From positions 328,223 to 365,913 of the forward strand of contig NC_057753.1 of the NCBI RefSeq assembly GCF_004010195.1: DNA of 37,691 nucleotides, in the 5' to 3' direction. Below, one piece after another: positions 33,195-37,691 of this stretch. The first letter of the stretch is position 1, and each line of letters starts with the position of its first letter. Position numbers and translations under genes: made by a program. Below the pieces are notes generated by a model. It searched no databases, was not told the origin of the DNA, and saw nothing but the letters and a program-made list of their open reading frames with translations. This DNA comes from Chiloscyllium plagiosum (Eukaryota).

Positions 33195-34840
33195 ACTTTA
33201 GATCTTGCGGTACAGGTTCATACTCCCTTGAACGTGGAGTTGCAGTTAGACAGGTTGTGAAGGTGACATTGGGACGCTTGCCTGTATTGGTCAGTGCACC
33301 GAGTATAGGTGTTGGGAGGTCATGTTGCAGCTGAGAGGCCACTTTTGGAATAATGCATTCAGTTCTGGTCTCCCTGCTATAGGAAAGATGTTGTTAAACA
33401 TGAAAGGGTGCAGAAAGGATTTACAAGGATGTTGCTGGGGTTGGAGGGTTTGAGATATAGGGAGAGGATCATCAGAGGCTGAGGGGTGACCCAAAAGAGG
33501 TTTGTAAAATCACGAGGGGCATGGATAGGATGGACAGACAAGGTCTTTTCCCTGGGGTGTGAGAGCCCAGAACTAGAGGGCATAGGTTTAGGGTGAGAGG
33601 GCCAAGATTTAAAAGGGACCTAAGGGGCAACTTTTTCAGGCAGAGGGTGGTGCATGTTTGGAATGAGCTGCCAGATGAAGTGGCATCTGGATAGGGATAT
33701 GAATAGGAAGCATTTAGAGGGATATGGGCCAGGTGCTGGCAAATTGGGCCAACATCAGCCCTGTGCCTAAGAAGGCCCATGCAGCTTGTCTCAATGACTA
33801 CCACCCAGTGGCCCTAACTTCTGTGGTTAAGAAGTGCTTTGAAAGGATGGTCATGGCATTAATCAACTCCAGCCTCCCCACTGCTCTTGACCCATTCCAA
33901 TTTGCCTATCGGACTAACAGATCCATGTCAGATGCCATATCACTTGCCCTTCCCTCCTCCCTAGAACACCTTGACACCAAGAACAGCTATGTAAGAATCC
34001 TGCTCATTGACGACAGTTCAGCCTTCAACACTATTGTCTCCTCAACACTGATTACTAAACTCAGTGATCTTGGACAAAGCCCCACTCTCTGCAACTGGAT
34101 CCTCAGTTTCCTGATCCACAGGCCATAATCAGTAAAGACTGGGGACAATATTCCATCCTCATTAACACTCAACACTGGAGCCCCTCAGGGGTGCGTACTC
34201 AGCCCCCTACTGCGTATAACCAGACTAATACCGTCGGTGACATCACCATAGCCGGTTGAATCTCAGATGGCGACGAAACAGACTACAGACGGGAGGTGGA
34301 AAACCTGGAAAAATGGTGCACTGAGAACAACCTCGTTCTTAACGCCGGCAAAACCAAGGAACTCATTATTGACTTTCGGCGGCATGTTACTCATGCCCCC
34401 CACACACTAACAGCACAGAGGTGGAACAAGTGGACAGTGTCAAGCTCCTGGGAGTGGTCATCCACAACAAGCTTTCTTGGACTCTTCATGTGGACGTACT
34501 GGATACAAAGGCCCAACAATGTCTCTTCTTCCTCAGGCACCTGAGGAAATTTGGCACGGTGGCGAATATCCTTACCAACTTTTATAGATGCGCCATCGAG
34601 AGCATTCTGTCTGGATGTATCACTACCTGGTATGGCAACTGTACCACTCAAGATCAGAGACGGTTACAGAGAGTGGTGAACTTGGCCCGGACAATCACAA
34701 AGGCCAATCTCCCATCTATAGAATCCATCTACCAGGCCCGCTGTCAAGGAATTCATTCAATAATTTAGGCTATCTGGTCAGCATGGATGAGTTGGACCGA
34801 AGATTCTGTTTCCGTGCTGTACAACTCCATGACTCTATCT
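33195..34840 (+). mobile_element. CR1 3' fragment split in its 3' UTR by a Rex1 piece
   Basis: ...ggtgctggcaaattgg|...|taatttaggctatctggtcagcatggatgagttggaccga...gactctat. Confidence 0.85.
33748..34751 (+). mobile_element. Rex1/Babar LINE RT fragment
   Basis: [81 protein letters not shown] are Rex1 RT signatures. Confidence 0.92.
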
Positions 34841-35218
34841 ATCCTATATTCACCTTTAGGTCCAAAGTTTCCCATCTGTGGTCTCAAATGTACCACTTGT
34901 TAAAACCTCCACCTTGAAAAGTGCTAACTTATTCATCATCAGTTCGCACTGGCTTATGTGAGAGGTACAGTGAGAGCTCCATTGGCCACAGTGAACAAAG
35001 GACTCATGGTGGGGAATGAGAATCGGCATCATTCGGTTTTTACCCTCAATTTTTGTCCGAATGACTCTTGTACATTGGCAGTTGAGTATGACTGTTCCTG
35101 TCCACGTCCATGTGGCTAGCAAGTGACCACCCCCAAATGAAATTTTTCGATCTGTGGGCCTGAACATCTGTGGTGGGGAAATTGTTGGACTGTATCATCA
35201 AGGATGGAGGGCAACTGA

Positions 35219-35680
35219 TGTGTTGACGCTGTGGCTTTAAGAGGTTAGTTTGTCATGTTGTTTTTGAAGAGAGGTTTTCAGGCAGAGGTGAAGAGCAGTC
35301 TCCCAGACCGACTTCTGTAAACAGCTTGTGCAGCTTTGGTTTTTATTAAGAAGTTGGAACAATAGAAGCAGCCTCAACTCCCACTGAAGCAGGTTCTTTA
35401 GTCTAACTTTCAGCAGTTGCTGTTAAGGTCTTGAAGGAGTGAAAGCTTTTTTGTTCTCTCTCTTGGTGACAGCCAAAAGCTTGGGGGGAGGGGGGCTCTC
35501 TGCCTGCTACAGGAGTTGCAGGTGAGATAATCTATTTTCTGGATTTGCCTTTATCCAAGGGTTTATAGGCTGTTACTATATTAGAACAGTTAATTAGCAT
35601 TTGTTTCCAATAAAGGTAAGTTATTCCAATTCCTTCTTTGTTTTGTTGTACTTTAACTATAGCAGATGAATTTGTGGTGG
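35219..35680 (+). mobile_element. Probable LTR fragment, cut by the Penelope insertion
   Basis: Starts TGTGTTGACGCTGTGGCTTTAAGAG (cf. actttaagag near the start of the 22344 LTR); AATAAA at ~35609; no 3' CA or TSD visible. Confidence 0.45.
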
Positions 35681-36365
35681 AAAATTCACCTGCACCTCCA
35701 CACACATCATTTACTGCATCCGCTGCACCCGATGTGGCCTCCTCTATATTGGGGAGACAGGCNNNNNNNNNNNNNNNNNNNNNNNNNNNNNNNNNNNNNN
35801 NNNNNNNNNNNNNNNNNNNNNNNNNNNNNNNNNNNNNNNNNNNNNNNNNNNNNNNNNNNNNNNNNNNNNNNNNNNNNNNNNNNNNNNNNNNNNNNNNNNN
35901 NNNNNNNNNNNNNNNNNNNNNNNNNNNNNNNNNNNNNNNNNNNNNNNNNNNNNNNNNNNNNNNNNNNNNNNNNNNNNNNNNNNNNNNNNNNNNNNNNNNN
36001 NNNNNNNNNNNNNNNNNNNNNNNNNNNNNNNNNNNNNNNNNNNNNNNNNNNNNNNNNNNNNNNNNNNNNNNNNNNNNNNNNNNNNNNNNNNNNNNNNNNN
36101 NNNNNNNNNNNNNNNNNNNNNNNNNNNNNNNNNNNNNNNNNNNNNNNNNNNNNNNNNNNNNNNNNNNNNNNNNNNNNNNNNNNNNNNNNNNNNNNNNNNN
36201 NNNNNNNNNNNNNNNNNNNNNNNNNNNNNCCTCCTCATTCCTGAAGAAGGGCTTATGCCCGAAACGTCGATTCTCCTGCTCCTCGGATGCTGCCTGACCC
36301 GCTGCGCTTTTCCAGCAACACATTTTCAGCTCTGATCTCCGGCATCCGCAGCCCTCACTTTCTCC
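35681..36365 (+). mobile_element. Penelope-like element 3' part (GIY-YIG plus terminus), with N-gap
   Basis: KFTCTSTHIIYCIRCTRCGLLYIGETG; terminus ...cagctctgatctccggcatccgcagccctcactttctcc. Confidence 0.9.
36236..36273 (+). ncRNA. Minimal type I hammerhead ribozyme core (PLE-type)
   Basis: CUGAAGA-A-GGGC UUAU GCCC-GAAAC-GUC|GAUUC, with palindromic ACGU compatible with a dimeric stem III. Confidence 0.65.
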
Positions 36366-36369
36366 CAGA

Positions 36370-36650
36370 ATGCATTAAAAGTAGTTCTGGGATTTACGTA
36401 TTAATGAACCGAAACCTGCAACCCATTCTAAAAAGATGAAAGACTTAACAGCAATCTGTCCAGTATATGGTTTCAGTTGCAAGACACTGTGATCTTTTGC
36501 TAAAAATTCTGTGTGTTGTATGACCTTGCCCCAGCTGATGAAGGAGCAGCGCTCCGAAATCCAGTACTCCCAATAAACCTGTTGGACTATAACCTGATGC
36601 TGTGTGATTTCTAACTTTGCCCCCACCCCAGTCCAACACTTGCACCTCCA
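36370..36650 (+). mobile_element. Penelope-like terminus, second family
   Basis: Aligns with 1550-2245; hammerhead-like CUGAUGA-A-GGAGC AGC GCUCC-GAAA at 36535-36559. Confidence 0.65.
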
Positions 36651-36659
36651 CTGCCCTTA

Positions 36660-37365
36660 AAACAGAGATGCTCCCTCCTGGGGGACTCTGGGACCAAAGC
36701 TCCACCAGCAGACCATGAAGCCCCGCCCACCCATTGTCCCTGGAACGAGATGATGCCGGGGCTGGCGCATGCGCCCACACATCACCCACGCGTCCCGCAA
36801 GATGGCGGCCGGTTGCTGTAGCAACGAGAGCCGCCAGCCTCACCGCGCGTCGATAAAGCGAGAGCTGGATCTGTACTTGGAATCGGAGAAGCTCCTGCCG
36901 TGTCGTCCCGGTTGCTGCGTATTCCTTTCTTCGGAAATCCCACCCCACCCCTCCTCCACAAACACTGGGGCAAACAAGCGTGACGGCCAGGCGACGAAGC
37001 GGTACGATTAACGGCAGAGCTGGCCCGAACAGGAAGCGGATGTGTCGTCACGCCAATGCCCGCCCCTTCATTCCACCGGGCCGCACGTGACAGGGCTGTG
37101 ATGACGTTAAAGATAGTCAGGACAATCGGGGCGGACACACGGTCCTCCAACCAATAACAGATGCCCAACGGATTATAGACGGATAAATCGGCCAATCGCA
37201 GGTGGGCGCGCTTGTTTCACTCCGACCAATCACACAGCGCAGAGGCTGGAACCCCGCCTTCCCGCCGCCCAGGAGTTGTCGCGCCCTCCGACAATGATTG
37301 ACGGGACTGCCCGCCAATGGGCGGTGCTACAGGGCCGATAGTCTCCCTCCATCCAATCAGAGAAG
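36660..37365. promoter_or_regulatory. CpG island promoter 2
   Basis: GC box 36720, NRF1 36765-36774, YY1 36798-36807, RFX 36812-36825, ETS-like caggaag ~37030, E-box cacgtgac 37084, six CCAAT boxes (37053-37357), minus-strand donor GCG|GTGAGG at 36843. Confidence 0.85.
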
Positions 37366-37584
37366 GTGGGGTTCAGGGCATCCAGCGCCAAGCTGGATCA
37401 AACAAAGAACTGTGGATGCTGGAGAAACTCAAAACGTTAACATAGAACAGAGAACAACCCTGTCCACTCTCCAAGGAGAATGGGGTGCTGTGTTGTGCAG
37501 GGCCTTCCACGCTGAGGAGGTTAGATTTGATTGGGGCTGGAACAATTATTAATACAATGCATTTTATCCCCCCCCCCCCCCCAG

Positions 37585-37635
37585 AAAATTGTGTTTTGCA
37601 ATTTGTGACCTGGGTCAAACCTTTTGTTGCACTGA
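37585..37635 (+). other. Candidate plus-strand exon downstream of island 2
   Basis: Acceptor ttttat(c)nag| and donor GA|GTGAGC; splice signals only. Confidence 0.25.
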
Positions 37636-37691
37636 GTGAGCAAAATGAGGAGCAATACAGGAGGACCATTATTATTTTCAGAACTTTAAGG

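Noticed and set aside
36370..36650. Same PLE family lying left of both CpG islands as proof of co-duplication
   Set aside because: Both copies end at what looks like the element's natural terminus and the adjoining sequence differs, so independent insertion is equally likely.

Overview
Eukaryotic vertebrate DNA, almost certainly a cartilaginous fish (shark): HE1-type V-SINEs, CR1 LINEs, Penelope-like elements (PLEs) and Rex1/Babar dominate. The assembly has six N-gaps. I find no intact host protein-coding gene; most of the window is nested retroelement debris. The non-repeat part has four notable components. (1) Two CpG-island promoters (~2.3-3.1 kb and ~36.7-37.4 kb) are clearly paralogous and share a fixed-spacing NRF1-(22 bp)-YY1-(4 bp)-RFX module. 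(2) Two CpG-decayed copies of that module lie at ~26.0 and ~27.3 kb. (3) A C2H2 zinc-finger pseudogene lies just downstream of the 27.3 kb copy. (4) A chain of possible minus-strand non-coding exons runs from ~10.0 to ~4.2 kb. Also seen: four PLE insertions with 14-15 bp target-site duplications and inverted ends, hammerhead-ribozyme cores in PLE termini, a solo LTR with a 4-bp TSD, a Tc1/mariner-type MITE, a ~1 kb local duplication with a near-identical core, and a perfect 21-bp palindrome. All alignments were done by eye; repeat family names come from recognition, not database searches, and most repeat boundaries are approximate.
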